In this document: piece after piece, positions 49,401-63,135 of the stretch | Layout: every line of letters starts with the position of its first letter | How positions within the stretch are numbered: position 1 is the first letter of the stretch | NCBI RefSeq assembly: GCF_006345805.1 | Contig: NC_043006.1 | Span: 2,542,001 to 2,606,000 of the forward strand | Source of the DNA: Octopus sinensis | Taxonomy: Eukaryota | Direction: 5' to 3' | DNA: 64,000 bases | Made by a program: the position numbers and the translations under genes | Notes under the pieces: model-generated | What the model was told of the DNA's origin: nothing | The model's input: the letters and a program-made list of their open reading frames with translations, nothing else | The model's database searches: none

Positions 49401-51712
49401 GCCATGTTTGGGTGTTTCACATATTTCAAATTTAGATTGCTGGAAAGTCGGTGAATTGGTTTTAATGTCTTGATTCTCTGTGAACAAGTTTGGACTGACT
49501 TCGCTGTTTTGTCTGAGCAATGTTTTCAGGAAGTTTTTCAGATATTTTGAAAAAGGAACACAATATATTTATAGCCACCTAAGTTGAAGGAGTAGTCATT
49601 GTGGAAAGCAGAAAGCGGCAGCAGCCTCTCCCTTCCTCTCTGTGTGGCGTGTGTTATCAGATACATGGACAAGCACACATGCACACATGCACACACACAC
49701 ACATATGCACACACACACACACGCTGCTGTGTGCAGCAGCAGGCTGACTTGCTGTTCACTGCTTACTCTTATGTGTGTGTGTGTGTGTGTGTGTGCGTGT
49801 GTGTTTATGTACATGCATACATGTGTGCATGCATGCATGTATGTACGTGTGTGCATGCATGTGTGTGTGTGTGTGTTCTGCCTCACTGAGAGATGATTGC
49901 CTACATATACATACATGTAACTAAAACATTTTACCTTGAGACAATACAAAATGAAAACTCACTTTTAGTTTTACAAAATAATTACAAATAATATTCTGTT
50001 GAAAGACTAGCATCATATTTTAATTTACATCACTTACTGTTGAATGAAGATGTAAACATAGGGAGATTGATCATCTGAAGTATGATATCAAGGCATTTGA
50101 TAAGACAAAGTTATTAAGTTGGAAGTCATTGCCAATCAGAAGCTATAAGTAAGTCATACTGCTGTATGCAGAAGTGAAAATATATAATGAAATAAATAAG
50201 ATTGAATATTTCTAAGACATTAAAACATAGCTTGGTTTATTTATGATGGTTTGTTGGAAAATGTATGATTATTGTGAAAATGCTTGCAAAAGAGTTGGTT
50301 GGATGGCAACTGTGAATAAAATTACACTGCACAGAAATCTGCTGCTACTCGTTTGTGTATGTTGTAGCAATTGGTTATTGCCTAATGAGCTGAACAGTTT
50401 CACCATGGCTGTAAAGAAAGAAGATTATCAGAGGTGTATCTATTTGTTAGAAATGAGAACCATGCCATGTGTTTCTTCTCTATGGTAATTACGTGTCTAC
50501 ATCCAGAGGCAGAAATACTTTCACACCTGTTAAAGCTAGTGAGGTGTTCAAAACTTGTGATTTGATAGAGTTTGACAAACGTAGTTGCCTTGCCATCTAC
50601 ATTACTTGTCAATGTAGCAACATCTCATGACTGTATCAAGAATTTTAGAGACATGCTCTAGGATTCTAAGGATTTCATTTAATTCACATTCTGATTTTGA
50701 GTGTTGCTAAGCTTTATTTCATACACAAAGACGGCATCATTTGCCTGTAGACATATATTTGGTGAATATTGTATAAGTTACTTTTGTGTAAAGCTGTCCT
50801 ATTGAATGGCTGCCTTTGCAGAGAAAATCAACGTCTTTATTCCTATTAAATAAAAGTAGCTGTCAACAAGATATATCTTCAATAGACATTGATTTCTCAT
50901 CTGTCAATGGAAATTTTACCAAATTTCCTTCATTTTCAGATTTATACTTACTGTTTTTTTTTTTTTTATTTTAATCTGTTTTGTTTTTTAATACCTTGTT
51001 ATAGTCAGATATCCTCTACCTCTGCTTTATTTAATGTGATGTTAGTTATGTTAGGATTATAGAAAATGGTCTATTAGTATCAGTTTCTCTTGAATATTTT
51101 CTTTTTATTGTACTAATAGTTGAAAAATCAAGCAATGACATAAAAAAAAAAGGAAAAAAATTACCTTAATTCTGCTTTCCTGACTTTTATCAATTTCAGA
51201 TATATTTGTTAAGATGATTTATAAATTTTTATAGAATGATAAATAGAATATTAGGTTATAGCTACTGTACACAGCAGTTGAATTTACAAAAGGAAATTTT
51301 TTTCAAGTTCTCTTTGAAGAAAGATAGAGGAAAAAATATATGTTTGTGTCTGAGTGTAGTGAAAATATATGTATTTCCATCTATTTGAATACATTCAGTT
51401 ATGAGTTGTATCTGTTACTTTAAATCAAGATATGTTTAGTACATATCTTTGCAACAGTGCTCAGGTGTGCTTTGTATGGTACAAGGATGAGTGAGAAAAC
51501 TACAAAGAACTATAGAGAGAAGGTGGCTAGAGAACTGAATGGAAATGTTTTCCTGCCTCCATTGTTACTACCAGCTTTTAACATTCATTTCTCTGTTTAC
51601 ACGGGGTTGGTAGGTGTTCTCTTGCAATGCATATCGCTAATGATCACAATCCTTTGTCATCTCCTCACCAAGGTCCAGTATCCTGAGATGAATCTTCTCC
51701 ACTTCACCCTGT

Positions 51713-51714
<2 letters not shown>

Positions 51715-51746
<32 letters not shown>

Positions 51747-53440
51747 GTTTGTGTCCATTTTCCATACTAACATGGATAAGATGGTTTGATGGGGGTGGGT
51801 AGGTTAATCCGGAGAGCTGCACTGGGTTCCAGTCTGTTTTGGCTTGGTTTTTACAGCTTGATGCCCTTCCTAACACCAACAACTCCACAGAGTGTAGTGG
51901 GTGCCTTTTATGTGTCACAAGCATGAGTACCTTTTATGTGTCACTGGCATGGGTGCCTTTTTATGTGTCACTGGCATGGGTGCCTTTTTATGTGTCACTG
52001 GCATGGGTGCCTTTTTACATGTCACCGGCACTGGCCATGACTATGATGTCACTTAGCTTGACATGTTTTCTCAAGCACCACAAATTGTCAAAGGTCTCAG
52101 TCACTTGATGTTGCCTCTGTCAGGCTCAACATCTATAGATCATTCTTCGCCACCTCATTTCATGTCTTCCTGGGTCTACCTCTCCCACAAATTCCCTCCA
52201 CAGAGATCAGCACTTCTTTACACAGCTGCCATCTCCCAAAAGTTTTATCTACCTTGAATGCCCTGCACCTATTTATACAACCATCATCCTCCATATGTAT
52301 CATGTGCCCTCTTCCAGAGCAGTCTTCTTCCTTATGTGTTGCCTTTCATTTCATTTATATTCTGCTGTTCATGCATGCTAACATTACAGTTCTAGTGGAG
52401 CATGCTAGCTTCATTTATTAATAGTCTTTGCAAATCTTCTGCATTCAGAGTCCATGTCTCACTACCATGCAACATCACCATTTGTACACAAGCAATCTGC
52501 CTTTCAGTCTGAGAAAGAAATCATTTGTAACCATCAGAAGTGATAGCCCCTTGGACTTTTCATAATTTGTTCTTACTTTGGGTAATATCGTTTTGGAAAA
52601 TCTATCTCCACTACTGATTAGGTCATCTAGGTAATTAAGCTACCAGCTACTTCTGAACAATTGAGAGAATTTGTTTCCCCTGTGCTCTTAGTACTTATTG
52701 CCCCTGTGCAATGGTCACAAAGTCTACTTTCTCCTTTAGCTTGTCCATTATACCTTTCTTACATTTATACTTCACACAGGATACACTATGAGGAATTTCT
52801 GCCTGTTGCTTTCCACTTATTGAGCTCAGCCATTTCTCTGACAATTTCAGAGTCCTGTCTTGTCTTTTACTAAAAATACTTTTGTCTTTGATAAATTTAC
52901 TCTCAGGTCTCTTGATTCTAGGTTTTGTTTCCAGGTTTGGAATTTATTCTCTAATCCTACCAGAGATTTAGTTACGAAAACTAAGTTATTGGCATACAGG
53001 AGCTTCTTCTGTTATGACTTGGAAAACTATGAGAAATAGTGGGGGGCTGAGAAATGAACCTTAGTGGATGCATACCTGTATGCTAATCTCATTCTTGTAT
53101 TCATTGCTGTCACCTTGCAAGCAGTGTCTCTGTACATGGTTGGTACTGCGCTCACAAGCCATTTCCCTATCCCTAGCTTCCTTAAAGACTATTAGGTCAT
53201 AAAGCATGGAACCCTGAGAAAAGCTTTCTCCATGTCTACAAATGCCATAATTCTTTCTTTTAGCGTCAGTAAAAGCAAGGGTGCCATTATCATTCACCCC
53301 CACCCCATATCAGTTTTCTGTAGCAGACAGCCTAGAATCCAAAACACCTCACATTGTAGATCATGTGCAAACCACTTTCTTTCTGCCTTTCCCTCATGTG
53401 AGATATACCTGAAGTTTAGTTTCTCTTCTGGCTATTGATA
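51715..53440 (-). mobile_element. Older, decayed copy of the RTE LINE family of 29883-31670
   Basis: (GAT)n tail and 3' UTR (51715-52050); CCTGGGTCTACCTCTCCC (52190) and CCCTAGCTTCCT...GCTTTCTCCATGTCTAC (53170-53240) are homologous to 30500 and 31530-31600. Confidence 0.82.
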
Positions 53441-53529
53441 ATTTAATCAGCTGCTCACTTCCTTGCAGACACACATGCATGCACACACACACACACACAC
53501 ATATGGTGGGTGTCTACTCCTTATACAAG

Positions 53530-54395
53530 AGTCTGACCCCTTCTTGTACCTACACCTTAGATCCATCATGGCATCTGATGTGGCTTTTTAAACTAGAAAT
53601 GTATTGAAAAGGTACCCACATAGTTTGCATATCTGATTTGGGCCACCAAGACCTGCAGATAAGTTCTGATCTTTGTGGATCTTAAAATGTATTTTGAGGT
53701 TTCCATTAGATTTGCAGACCTTCTGCCATACATTGCATTGAAAGGTGTGCACAGACATATAGGCAGAATAGTTGGTGGAGGTTCGTTTTCCATGGGTTCG
53801 CAAATGAGATTTGAGCCCTGAAAAAGAAAGGCATGGTCTGTCACAAACAGTACACACAAAAAGGTCATTGTGATTCACCTTCTTGATCATGACAATCTTC
53901 TTTAAATCTCTTGCGTCTTGCATTCGTTATCCTGGCTTCTTCAAACGCCTTCACTCCACTCCACACTTTTGTTTGCCATCCAGCCTGATCAAAGCAAGGG
54001 TTTCTATGTCCTTTGGATCCATTCCAAGTGACTTCATGGTAGTCCTTATCCCATCCTTAAACCACTTTTTAGGTTTACACTAATAGCATTTCCACTCTGT
54101 AAGCTTGCCATAAAACAGCTGTTTTGGTGTGCGTTCATCCGCCATTCAAATAATATGGCCAAACCATCTCATTTGGTTTTTCAGAATCATTGCTTTAATT
54201 GAAGTGATGTCTGCAGATGCAAAAGCATCTGTGTTTGCAGTAAAAAAAAATCACCATTTAAAATGCGATGAAGGTATTTTGGGTGGAATTGTTCTAACAA
54301 TTTGAAATGTCTTTCCTAACACATCCATGTTTCAGAAGAATACAACAGAGATGGTAAGACAAACGATTTGTAAAGAGCCAGTTTTGTGTTGTTAT
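53530..54395 (-). pseudogene. RTE-clade LINE 3' fragment ending in three C2H2 zinc fingers
   Basis: SETWMC...QMRWFGHII*MADERTPKQLFYG, then CTVCDRPCLSFSGLKSHLRTH, FQCNV(W)QKVCKSNGNLKIHFKIH and CKLCGYLFNT/(frameshift)SSLKSHIRCH. Confidence 0.85.
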
Positions 54396-54954
54396 TTATA
54401 CGTCATTGGTGCCAAATGCAGGGCTCCAAACCACCAAATATATATCTTATGCAAGAATATTTGATTATATATATTAAAAAACAAAAAGCCAAAAGTCAAT
54501 TTTCTATTTTTATGATGTGATTCACATTTTACTGCAGTAGCATCAGGCAGGATTTGATTTTTCATTTTGAATGAAGCATTCATGTTTACTGTGAAGTTTT
54601 TATTTTGTTTGATCTGTGACCTGCCAATATATGAGGGGAAAAGTGGAAGGTCATCACTCATCATCATCATCCCTCTATTTCTTTTTCCATGTTTGTATGG
54701 GTTGGACAAGTTTCTCAAGCAAAGTACCTTACCACTTGTGATCTTTTATCATCCCATTTGTGAGATTCAGCCTCCTTAGATCAGACTTCACCACTTGTTC
54801 CCATCTACTTTTTGGTCTTCCTGTTTTCTAAATTCCTTCACTTGGAGTGCTCGGAAATTCTATCCCTAATTGCCATCCTGCACACCTTGTCACTTTCCTT
54901 TTCTATTCAGTTTTTCTCTCAGTTCATTTGTCTTCTGTTGTTCTTGTGCTCTAA

Positions 54955-55333
54955 CAGGTCTGGCTGTGTGGTAAGAAGCTTGCTTCTCAACCACATGGTC
55001 CCAGGTTCAGTCCCATTGCATGCCACCTTGGGCAAGTGTCTTCTACTATAGCCTCGGGCCGACCAAAGCCTTGTGAGTGGATTTGGTAGATGGAAGCTGA
55101 ATGAACCCTGTCATGTTTATGTGTGTGTGTGTGTGTGTTTGCCTCATCACCACTGCTTGACAACTGGTGCTGGTGTGTTTACATCCCTGTAACTTAACAG
55201 TTCAATCAAAGAGACTGATAGAAGAAGTACCAAACTTTAATACAATAAGTACTGCAGTCAGTATATTTGACAAGAAAATAAAAATTCGAGGCAGTGCCCC
55301 AGCATGGCCGCAGTCTAATGACTGAAACTAGTA
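54955..55333 (+). mobile_element. SINE family A with CR1-type tail
   Basis: Near-consensus head/core GGGCAAGTGTCTTCTACTATAGCCTCGGGCCGACCAAAGCC; tail GGCAGTGCCCCAGCATGGCCGCAGTCTAATGACTGAAACTAG. Confidence 0.92.
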
Positions 55334-55339
55334 ATGAGT

Positions 55340-56040
55340 GCTGCTATGTGCCACCTGGATGGGTGCCAATTGTGTGACACCAGTATCTGGCATGACTAAG
55401 ATTTCACTTGGCTTGATGGGTCTTCTTCTCAAGCAATAATTCATTTCATGGGAGCTCTTGCTACCACTCCTCCGGCAGTGTCCTGTATATGTAGTCTTTC
55501 TGTCAGCCTCTTATCCCATTGCACCTCTGTGTACAACAGGATAACTCAGTTAACGTTGGGCATACCTTATGGAATCCTCACCTACTCCTTTCCTGCACAT
55601 CAAGCAGGGTTACTTCACTGATGACATTAGAGTTTTGTTTTCTTTGCTGCAAACTAAAAATATGTCTTTGCTGGGTTTTCTTTAAGACCTTCCAGCTTCT
55701 GACTTTGCTTCTACTTTTGGAATTTTTTCTCCAATTCTTTTGTCGATTCCTCTGTGAGAACCAGATCATCAGTATATGGATGTTCCTACAGACAGTCATT
55801 CTTAAATTTCTCTTTTGTCGCCTGAGGAACTTTAGTAAACACTTCATAAACAAGAGGTGGAGTGAGAGCCGAGTCCATATGCCCACCTCTTCGTATGCTA
55901 ATGACATCTCTGTACGGGGTTTGCATGGTTCTCATTAGCTGTTCAACCACACTTAATTTTCTTAGCAGCCATCATACCAAAGAATGTGGAACCCACTCTG
56001 TCAAAGGTCTTCTCTAGCTTAATGAAGGCGTGGTATAGTT
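55340..56040 (-). pseudogene. Decayed RTE RT fragment (family of 29883-31670)
   Basis: Minus strand AFIKLEKTFDRV...PYTDDLVLTEESTKELEKKFQK aligns by eye to [12 protein letters not shown]...[19 protein letters not shown]. Confidence 0.72.
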
Positions 56041-58274
56041 ACTTATTTTTTGCTTAGAACTTCTGTAGTTGTCTTACTAGAAAGAAGATATAAGTACTAC
56101 ACCTTCCTTGTACAAACCTGAAATACATCACATCTAAACACAACACAATACTGAAATATGCACACAGACAGCATTAATATATGTAATCAAATATATATAC
56201 ATGAGATATATACTTAAACAGTCCCTTGGCTAATGATGTAAAGTTTGATTGTAAAAAATTTCAATTCTGGTGGTAATGTTTTGGTCTAAAACTGAGGAAG
56301 ATTATTCTCAGTTTTATGTGACCTTTGTACAGCTATTAGACACGAGTATAGTTATATTGATGGGAAGGTTTGTGTTTCCATTTAACTGAAAGCTAAACCA
56401 TTGGGGTTCTAATATCCAGTAAGTCTAAACCTTGTCAAACAGGTTCTAAGAAATAGGCCAGACAAAGTTTAGCACTTTATTCTCCAAGTAGAGGTTTGGG
56501 TGTGATACTAATAGCTCAGCCAATAAGATAACAGTATAACAAGTTCCGGGAAAAAAGATCTAACGAGAAGTTGGCAGTACAAGAGATGATTTACATATGC
56601 CCCAAACAAACATATAAATAGGGAATGTTTGCTCCTTGTAATGAAGTGCTAAAGCCTTCTCGTTTGTTGGGATATATTTATAATGACTTAATATTAGCTA
56701 ATAATACAGTATTTTTGGTACGTCTAGTCTCTATTGTAGGTCTATATTTCATTTGTAGTCCCTTGGTGTTATTCAAATGATATAATACTGTGATGGTATG
56801 TCTTTTGTGTAAACTAGATGTATCATACATATTTTCATTACCTCCCTCTTTACTAGACAATATTTTACTATGTAAATGGTTGGTGAATAGATTGGTTTAT
56901 TTAGTGTTTCTACGTTGAGTAATGGTACAATACATTCTTTACTCCACCTCAATAGCTTTTGTTATTAATTTGTGTTATTGTTTTTTTATTTAGCTCTTTG
57001 TAATTTTAATTTTGTTCTGCCATAAAATTATTACCTCAGTGTCAGTGAATGGCTATTTCTTACATTCATCAATGCAGGGTGAATTCTCAAGAAATATGAG
57101 ATGTGCTGGTCAAATTGAATAGGTGTTGCTCGGAATGTATGAGTAGCATTGTTGTACAGAGTTAGGTGTGTGTATATGGGATGGGAGGGGTTGCATGCAA
57201 AGTTGTCACCAGTCACTTACTGGCTTTGCTATTATAAATGAGTGGGTCGTTGCAGATATTTTTTTTTTCTATTCTCTGGGAAATTCAGAATCTATGATAG
57301 CAGCTAGTTTTATGTACTTGTCCTATGTGGGATTATAATTAAGTGCTTCTATTTAAATAATTATTGAATGTAAAGTTTTTTTGTAGGATGCCCAAATATT
57401 TCTCATAGCGTTTACTTTTTGTTTTTAGTATTCTGGAAAGAAATTTTGTTTTCTTTTCCTTTTTGTTGTTGTTGAACAAAATGAGAATTGAATGATTGAT
57501 TGCTAAGGCTTAAAACTTTGTGGTTCAGAAGAATTCTTTGACTAAATGGATATCAGCTTCTGAGCTGAAGAATCGAAAGTTTATATTCTGTTGCTGGTAT
57601 AAGTTGGTTAATCTCTCGTTCAGTCCAGTGCAAGTATTATAAGGCCCAGCATTTACATACCATGCAAACTCAACTCATTCTTCAGGTTGCCACTCCATTT
57701 CCACCTGTGTCTTATTTTTTCTTTTTTGTTCTGGCGGTTGAAGTGCTTAGTGATATGACAATCATTCATTCTTATAAATGGTCCCACCTAAATGAAATGA
57801 CATACCTTCATGATATGTAAAAGAACACAAAAGACATTTTGTTATTGTGATATAACATTTATATTTAACTTTAGTAATGCTTTCAGGTATGTTGTCTGTC
57901 TCAGTAAAACAAAATGTTGAGTTCTGAATAGTCCCAGTTTAATATGTGACACAATGTCTTTCATTAAAAAATATATATTTCGATCTAATAAATGCATTTA
58001 TTAATTCACTAACTTTCTAGTTGATCTGCCCTGAAGTAATGCTATAACTGCAAATGATGTCACTTCCTGCATATACTAAGCTATTTGCAAGTCTTAGATT
58101 TTGGTTTTGAATTTTAGCTATCACTCATTGGCATCTTTGCTTCCTAAATATTTCTTTGTATTTTCCTAGTTTCTTTCATTCTTTTTACTTGCAGAGTCTG
58201 GAGGATGCAGTAGAGCCCATGATTCTTCCAGGCCCTCCATGACTGGTGGGATGCTATTTATGGTCCCTTTAAGC

Positions 58275-58531
58275 CCGTGGTTCTCAAGGACTTTTTGCCT
58301 ATGCCTCTTTTTGATTCCTATTTTACTTTACTGGACCTCCATAGTCATTCAATGTATTTTTTAAAACAGTCATACGGTATTTTTATAATTAAATATTACT
58401 AGGAATTGTATGAAAAAATTAAAATATTTCGTGTACTGTAAAAGTATAAGCAATGTATTGCACATAAGTTTTAGCCACAAAATCTTATATGGATCCCCAA
58501 GGGCTCTGTGGACCCTGGTTGAGAATCACTG
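58275..58531. mobile_element. hAT (Charlie-like) MITE
   Basis: TIRs CCGTGGTTCTCAA / TTGAGAATCACTG; degenerate 8-bp TSD CTTTAAGC / ATTTAAAC. Confidence 0.65.
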
Positions 58532-58779
58532 ATTTAAACTGTTGTAGTTCAACACCAACAAGAAAGTCACGGGCAGGGAAGAGATATCTATTCTAGGGAT
58601 GAAGGACTGAACAAAGTGGTTAGTCCAAGGAAGGTTAATGTCTGTTTCTTTTCCCATAATAAGCAGAACCAAATAATTTGTGAATTCATTTTGCCAATGC
58701 TTTTATTTTATAGTATATTAATTTTTTTTTGGTAACCTGCCCTTTTTTTTTCTTTTTTTAGTTAAAAATCAGTTATCAT

Positions 58780-58900
58780 AACATTAGTGTTAATATACAG
58801 CCCTGCATGACTCCTGCTTTGATTGTCAACTTTTTGAACACCATTCCAAATTGCAGTTTAGTATAAGCTAGAAATAATATTTGCATAAATGTTTCTTGTA
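58780..58900 (-). pseudogene. Very decayed LINE RT remnant
   Basis: Minus strand NIISSLY followed (frameshifted) by AGVMQGCILT, resembling the RT motif GVxQGCILSP. Confidence 0.35.
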
Positions 58901-59913
58901 ATATTACTAACCAGTAACAAATTAAACACTTGTTGTTCTATTAATGGTCCATGGGTGATTTTCATCTGACACCATGAAGTTGTAGGTGTAGGCTTAACAG
59001 GTATTTGGTACTTATTGTTAGAAACCTCAGTGATATGACCTGTCTGCACTATGGACTCAGAATGACCCATTTGTACATTCAAATAATCCATAGGAGAGTA
59101 AAGCAATAATCTAAAATTACATTTCCCATAGAAAGAAATGAAAGTTTGAAGAATAGAAAACTGCTTTTGAAAATCTTGATCTCTCATCAGCCTCATAATT
59201 TAGCATCTGTCTTTCTTGCTGGCATAGCTTCTTAGACTGTTCGTCAGTGTCTGACAAACCAGAAGGCTGTGTCAAGCTCCGATGTCTGCTTTAGCATAGC
59301 TTTTGCAGTTGGATGCCCTTCCTTTTATCAACTATATCATAAAGTGTATTGGATGCTTTTTTTTTTGTGGTATCTGTACATACTGTTGATTTTATTTTTA
59401 TCAACTCTTGTAGGGAGATGATAAGCCAAAGTATCTCAACAATCTGAAAATTCAAAATTCAAAATGATTGTTTCTAGTGTTTCTATAGAAGACTAACACT
59501 TGAAAGTCCTGATTTTAAGAACAGTTTTGGTGAAACAGAAACGTAAAAGAGAGTATAAGGAATTATCAGCTAGACATCCAAATTTACTTCCATCCACAAT
59601 CAATGTTTGCACTAACAACAAGCCATGTATCTCGAGTCAGATTTGGATGACAGTTAATTTAAATGATAATTGAAATTTTGTTGCATCCACCAAATATAAA
59701 CTGGAAAACAAGCTATTTTTCTGTTAGTTCACAATTCAATATATGAATGAATGGTCTAACATGATATAGATTTACAGTATAAAAAGAGCTGGTATGTTGG
59801 AATGGTGTACTAGTGCTTTAGGAAAATTATGCTTGTTGAGTGGTTTCTTGTTTGCTATATGTAAGTGCACGGAATATCAAAGTATCTGATTGAATGCCAT
59901 GGAGAAACACATA

Positions 59914-60806
59914 CGCAACAGTACCAAAAATTTCTGGGACTAGTTCTACAGCATGCTAACAGATGGCAGCACACAGTTGCATGTGCAGTGAGATCTAGCA
60001 GTGACCTTCATAAGGCAGTGTACCGAGTGACATTATTGAGTTTACTTTGCAAGTTGTGAATTTTGTGATTTTGTGATCCTGTGTGTTTTGTAGTCTGCGA
60101 TTTTGTCATGGACAGGAACAAAGAGCCAGCATGAAATTTTGTGTGAAACTTAGGAAGTCTGTTTGAGACATTGAGCATGCTTTGGCAAACTTACGGCAAC
60201 AAAGCAATGGGTCGTATGCTTTGAGTAGTACAGGTGCATCAAAAGTGGAAGAACGTCTTTGGAAGACAATGAGCAATCTCGAAGACTTGCCATGGGCGTC
60301 ACCCCTAGTTCTGTGGTAGTTGCACTTAGAATTCGTCTCCCAGGGCTCGACAGTCAATTGAGGGTTCTAGTGTAACATATTGAAGCATTTAAAGGAGGAC
60401 ATTCGGAGAAAGCAACCGGATTTATGGAGTGTGAAGAATTAGATACTTCATGACAACAATGCACCCTCTCACTGGTCTTTCCTCACTCATGAGTTTCTCA
60501 CCAAGAACAACATGTTATCGCTTCCACACCCACCCTATTTGCCAGATTTAGCATCTGTGGACTTCCATCTCTTCCCCAAGATTAAAATGCAGCTCAAAGG
60601 TTGCTATTTTAACACCTTGTTGAAATTCAGAGCAAATTACAGAAGGTCTTTGACTTACTTATGGAAAATGACTTCCAGGCTGGATTCCCAAAGTGGCAGA
60701 AATGCTGGGACTGGTGACTATTTTGAGGGAGATGATGTTAAAACTTAGGCAAATAAGTTATTTTTTATTGGACATAACTAATCCAGGAATCTTTTGATAC
60801 CACTTC
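59914..60806 (+). mobile_element. Mariner element, same family as 19195-20092, different internal deletion
   Basis: TA-flanked TIRs (..TCCAGGAATCTTTTGATACCACTTCA|TA), EQRASMKFCVKLR, LPHPPYLPDLASVDFHLFPKIK. Confidence 0.9.
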
Positions 60807-61044
60807 ATAGATCCAGCTCACTAAATAAACAGTAAAAAAAGGGTTTAGTTTGTCAGCCTGAGTTGAACTTCATTAGAAGGTCAATTATTTGTGTTATGTA
60901 TTTTCATTCTTCTTATGAATTATTTTGATGTGTAACTTGGTCCATCAACTGAGGCCAGAAACTTTGATGGAATATACAGATTGTGAAAATCATGTTGAAA
61001 CCAGAAACAAGTATTAAGTGTATGATATCTTTTATCCCTTACTT

Positions 61045-61450
61045 ATTTCAGTTACCTCTCTGCACCCATGCTGGGGCACCGCCTTGAAGGCTTTTAGTCG
61101 AGCAACTCAACCTCAGGCCTTACTTTTTTTAAGCCTAGTACTTATTTTATCTGTCTCTTTTGCTGGGTAACAGGGATGTAAACAAAAGCACACTGACTCC
61201 AGCTGTCAAGTGATGTGTGTGTGTGTGTGGGGGGGGGGGAGACAAACACAAAGACAAACACACACGCACACACACACGCACACACACACACACAACAGGC
61301 TTCTTTCAGTTTCCATTTACCAAATCCACTCACAAGGCTTTGGTTGGCCTGAGACTATAGTAGAAGACACTTGCCTAAGGTGCCACACAGTGGGACTGAA
61401 CTCGAGATCATGTGGTCGGGAAGGTGCTTGCTTCCCAACCACACAGCCAT
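61045..61450 (-). mobile_element. SINE family A with CR1-type tail
   Basis: CCCATGCTGGGGCACCGCCTTG tail end; GACTATAGTAGAAGACACTTGCCTAAGG core; ACCACACAGCC head end. Confidence 0.88.
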
Positions 61451-62491
61451 GTCTGTTTATTATTGTTTATTATTGTTTTATATATGTGGTTTTATACACC
61501 CCTTCTATTTGGCAGAATGACCGAGTATCACATTTAAAAGTTTAAATACTAAGTTTCACTAGAAATGTATTATTGCCAATAAATGATTGCCGGCTAAATA
61601 TGAATTGGTAAAGAACTGCTTCATCTTGTGATTCATAGAAAAGTGGGGTTAGGCCCTTGCTGTTACTCACCAGTTTTTCAGCTTTAAGGAAGCTTAAAAT
61701 AAAATAAATTCAGTGGGGCAATAAAACAGATTCATTTGGGTTGGTGTTTTATTTCACAAGAGATTAAAATGATTTTCATCTGAATAAGTATTTTAAAATT
61801 GCCGTCACCAGCAATTAGTTCCATGTAAGTGAATGGCAAGAGCACTAAACCTAGTTAGCGGATTGAACCAGCGTTAGCCACTTTAATTTGATACCCGAGC
61901 TGCTAAAGTTTTATTTTCTCTCTTATGTTATTCAACCAATATTATTTTTATATTTATTTGAAAAGCAATTAGAATTTAAGTACTTACTTTTATTTCTTTC
62001 TTTTTTTTTTCTGCTTGTGAACCAGAAACGTTTGTGTTCAGTGTGACAAAGGCTATTGTTAAAATCAAGTGCTGAGCTTATTTATGGTTTTCAAGGAACA
62101 CAAGTCTGGACATGTGGCCTTTCTAAGGACTTTCTCCATTACATGCTGCGCTGTGTGTGTGTGTGTCTATACATATATATATGATAAAGACTATTCTGAT
62201 TAAGTAGGAGATGTTTTCTATTTTGTTTTATTGGAATAGAACTTTGGCATGCTTTCCTGCTTTAATTAATTCAGACAAACACTATCAGCTAAATATCTAT
62301 GAACTATATTTCGAAAATAATATTATGAAATGGTAAATTTAATCAGGAAACAAAAACTTATATTGCTTAATTATATTTTTTGTTATGAATTCAGTAAGTG
62401 GTAATCATTTTGTTTTGTACTAATAGAAAATATTTAACATTGAACTTCAACCAATAAATTAATAGTAAAACTAATGAGCAACAGTCGTTAA

Positions 62492-62711
62492 CCCTTTAAC
62501 ATTTTGATTTCTTTGTCAAATGTGTTGCTTATTTATTCACATTGTTTTAAACTAATCTCGCATTATTTTGTAGCATCAAGACTTCAATGCTGTGTTTGTA
62601 TATTTTTAGAATGGCATTGTAGGGTAGGTGTGAGTGGTTGGATCCGGTCAGTTTTAACATAAAATAGTTAGAATATTTGGGCTGGATATGGTGAGATTAA
62701 ATGCTAAAGAG
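62492..62711 (-). mobile_element. TTAA-flanked MITE (piggyBac-like), second copy
   Basis: TTAA|CCCTTTAACATT...AATGCTAAAGAG|TTAA; internal sequence is the reverse complement of 37985-38205. Confidence 0.72.
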
Positions 62712-62789
62712 TTAAGGTAGTCAACCCCAAAGCAATAAATTATCAGCTTTTGACTTTTGTTCATTAATACAAATGATACCTATAATGCT

Positions 62790-63135
62790 GAAGGTGCATG
62801 GCTTCAGAATTAGTTAGAGTGTTGGGCTCACAATTATGTGGTAGTGAGTTCGATTCTCAGATCAGGTTGTGTGTTGTATTCTTGAGCAAGACACTTTATT
62901 TCACATTGCTCCAGTCCACTCAGCTGTAGAAATGAGTCGTGACTTCAATGGTGCCAAGCTGTATCGACCTTTGTCTTTCCCTTGGATAACATCGGTGGCA
63001 TGGAGAGGGGTGGCTGGTATGCATGGCTGACTGCTGGTCTTCCATAAAACAACCTTGCCTGGACTTGTGCCTCAGAGCATAAATTTCTAGGTGCAATCCC
63101 ATGGTCATTCATGACTGAAAGGGATCTTTACCCTT
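62790..63135 (+). mobile_element. tRNA-derived SINE, family C, long tail variant
   Basis: GAAGGTGCATGGCT head, GAGTTCGATTC B-box, CTTGAGCAAGACACTTTATTTCAC core, GGTGCAATCCCATGGTCATTCATGACTGAAAGGGATC tail. Confidence 0.88.

Noticed and set aside
57870-57892. Second AG|GT site (TTTCAG|GTATGT) as a ratchet point
   Set aside because: The pyrimidine tract is weak and contains an upstream AG; expected by chance in AT-rich DNA.
58170-58245. Strong acceptor followed by SLEDAVEPMILPGPP-stop
   Set aside because: Too short and unrecognisable to call a terminal exon; runs into a hAT MITE.
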